Below, one piece after another: positions 39,411 to 41,221 of a stretch of DNA of 41,221 nt. This DNA is from a virus. Position 1 is the stretch's first letter; each line of letters begins with the position of its first letter. Under the pieces are notes generated by a model. It saw only the letters and a list, made by a program, of their open reading frames with translations. It searched no databases and was not told the DNA's origin. The stretch spans positions 1 through 41,221 of IMG/VR virus record IMGVR_UViG_3300042934_000171; one strand, written 5' to 3'. Both the position numbers and the translations under genes were made by a program.

Positions 39411-41221
39411 ATGGTGAATACCCTTTCGGCTACCTACGGTAAACTCTATGAGGCCCAATTAGCTATCGAAAAGAAGTACAAGCAAGGTGCCTCTGATCGC
39501 CTCGCGGCTATGTTTGAAAAGTGTGAGAAGGAAGGAAGGGCCTCCTCGGTATCCTTAGGGCAAAAACTCCTGGATCATCAATTTAAGACCGTAAAGGAGA
39601 ACATTACACTCCTCGTGGATAAACTCTTGGCACCTAAAGCAGGTCAAAAGGCAAATTATACCTATATCATTGTGGAACTGGCAGGACTTTACGAAGGCAA
39701 TCGCGAAAGGCTCCTCGATATGCTGACCTTCATTCCTTTCAGTGCTCTCCTGAGTGCAGCCCTTCAGAATCGAGCGAATGCGGGGTTTGTGTCTGCCACT
39801 CTCAGTGCTCTTTCACATATCATAGGGGCTGAGATACAAGAGGAGGCCACTGCAGACGTATTCCTTAAATCCCTTGAGGATAATATAGAAGGTAAGGTCC
39901 TGGACGGTATCAAGAAGCGCAAGGATCGTCACTATAAAACCGCCTTCCTAGACAAGACCATGAAAGGCGAAGGATTCTCAAAACTATCTTGGGATTCTGT
40001 CTCAAGAGCTTCCTTAGGTGCCAAGCTCCTCGAACTCTCCATAGAAGGCAGTGGCTATTTTGAATTAGTACACGCTAAAGGGCCTAAAGGTGATGCAGTG
40101 CTAGAGATACGGCCTACTCAATGGCTAGTAGAGGCATGGAAGGATAATACTGCTGCAGCGGTCCTTAGGGCGTACCGGGCCTGTCCTACGGTTATTCCTC
40201 CTGCCCCTTGGGAAACTGTCTTCGAAGGTGGCTACTATGGGGACCTCAGAGGAAGACAGCCTATGTTACGCTCTGAAGCCTTCAGGCAATGGCAGGGACC
40301 TTCTAATGTATACAATAAAGAATACTTGGAGAAGATATCTCAACTCGACCTCAAGGAAGTCCGAACAGCCCTTGACCACATCCAGAGGACACCTTGGGTC
40401 ATCAATAGGGAGACCTTGGAGGTTGTCCAAGCTATTATAAACCGGGGCGGCGATTTTGCAGGGATAGCGAGAATCGATGACTCACCTAGACTTCCTGAGT
40501 TGACTGGAGACTTCACTGAGGAAGACCTAAAGAAACACAAAAAGAAGCTCGCTCAGTGGCACGCAGACGAACACATTAGGACATCTAAAGCTCTTAGGTG
40601 CCTATCGATCCTAAAGGTGGCTGAGGAGTTTTCTGAATTTGATAAAATTTACTTCCCGATGAACTGTGATTTTCGAGGACGCTGCTATCCTATTCCTAGC
40701 TTCAGTCCTCAAGGTGATGATATTACCAAGGGCCTGCTACTCTTTGCGGACCCTCCAGAATGTCACAGTATGGTCGATATCGAATGGCTCATGGTGCATG
40801 GGGCCAACCTTGCAGGAGTCGATAAGGTTTCCTTTGAAGACCGTAGGCAATGGGTCAAAGATCATGAGGAGCAAATCCTGAGGTCGGCTCAAGACCCTCT
40901 TGGGTTCACATGGTGGGCAACCCTTGATGACAATTCCATCCAATTCCTAGCGTTCTGCTTTGAGTGGACAAAGTGGAAGCAATGGGAGAAGGAGCATGGG
41001 ACACCTGAAGGATTCAAAACCGGGATACCTGTGGCCTTCGATGGGACATGTTCAGGCCTCCAGCACTTCTCAGCAATCCTGAGGGATACCGTGGGAGGCA
41101 CTGCCGTCAACCTAGTACCTAGTGACAGTCCGCAGGATATCTATAGAAGTGTAGCTGAGAAAGTCAATGTGCTCCTTGAGAAGGATGCTAAGAAAGGCAC
41201 GATGGATGAGGAAGCGGAGAC
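39411..41221 (+). CDS. T7-like single-subunit RNA polymerase, N-terminal part (runs off the window and continues at 128-923; 868 codons in total)
   Basis: The frame, translated by hand, is open from ATG 39411 to the window end. YFPMNCDFRGRCYPIPSFSPQGDDITKGLL and AFDGTCSGLQHFSAILRD match the T7 RNAP palm motifs. The ORF is absent from the track because it has no in-window stop. Confidence 0.96.
   Translation, partial: MVNTLSATYGKLYEAQLAIEKKYKQGASDRLAAMFEKCEKEGRASSVSLGQKLLDHQFKTVKENITLLVDKLLAPKAGQKANYTYIIVELAGLYEGNRERLLDMLTFIPFSALLSAALQNRANAGFVSATLSALSHIIGAEIQEEATADVFLKSLEDNIEGKVLDGIKKRKDRHYKTAFLDKTMKGEGFSKLSWDSVSRASLGAKLLELSIEGSGYFELVHAKGPKGDAVLEIRPTQWLVEAWKDNTAAAVLRAYRACPTVIPPAPWETVFEGGYYGDLRGRQPMLRSEAFRQWQGPSNVYNKEYLEKISQLDLKEVRTALDHIQRTPWVINRETLEVVQAIINRGGDFAGIARIDDSPRLPELTGDFTEEDLKKHKKKLAQWHADEHIRTSKALRCLSILKVAEEFSEFDKIYFPMNCDFRGRCYPIPSFSPQGDDITKGLLLFADPPECHSMVDIEWLMVHGANLAGVDKVSFEDRRQWVKDHEEQILRSAQDPLGFTWWATLDDNSIQFLAFCFEWTKWKQWEKEHGTPEGFKTGIPVAFDGTCSGLQHFSAILRDTVGGTAVNLVPSDSPQDIYRSVAEKVNVLLEKDAKKGTMDEEAE
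41095..41221. repeat. Second copy of the 127-bp terminal overlap
   Basis: Identical to 1-127. Confidence 0.95.

Noticed and set aside
1-41221. Scan for CRISPR arrays, tRNA/tmRNA genes, transposase or IS elements, DGR-type repeats, and toxin-antitoxin or known defence or anti-defence cassettes
   Set aside because: I noticed no regularly spaced direct repeats, no cloverleaf-compatible segments, no transposase-like ORFs and no template/variable repeat pairs. The early small proteins could include anti-defence factors, but nothing in their sequences lets me say so.

Overview
This window is a complete genome of a T7-like (Autographiviridae-type) podovirus, assembled as a closed circle. Bases 1-127 recur exactly at 41095-41221, so the unit length is 41,094 bp. 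The single-subunit RNA polymerase gene is split across the window ends (39411-41221, continuing in frame into 128-923).

Nearly all genes are on the + strand in canonical T7 order:
- RNAP.
- DNA-metabolism genes: gp2.5-like SSB, endonuclease I, a degenerate gp3.5 amidase homologue, primase-helicase, dNMP kinase, family A DNA polymerase, ATP-dependent ligase, 5'-3' exonuclease.
- Virion genes: gp6.7- and gp7.3-like proteins, portal, scaffold, capsid, tail tubular A/B, internal core proteins including a 1486-aa SLT-domain protein, tail fibre.
- A lysis cassette, then small and large terminase.

A non-T7 block lies between terminase and the early region. It holds structured non-coding DNA, small membrane-protein genes, an excisionase-like HTH gene, a candidate attP flanked by ATAAGCACTT repeats, a tyrosine integrase (-), and an XRE/CI-type repressor (-). 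The repressor is divergent from a near-consensus sigma70 promoter that drives the early operon towards the RNAP gene. The genome therefore looks like a temperate T7-like phage.

Main findings:
1. Two intercistronic elements in the early operon (37164-37239, 38880-38956) fold as type II hammerhead self-cleaving ribozymes. Both have a complete catalytic core, compensatory stem changes between copies and a conserved loop-tail pseudoknot.
2. Six + strand intergenic copies of ATTGTGACAC(A/G)A look like the phage-RNAP promoter set. One sits directly upstream of the RNAP gene behind a mini-ORF and a terminator-like hairpin.
3. The gp3.5 homologue appears to have lost the amidase catalytic residues and has no canonical start codon.

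No tRNA, rRNA or CRISPR array was seen. All homology statements come from by-eye motif recognition and remembered T7 protein sequences, not from searches.
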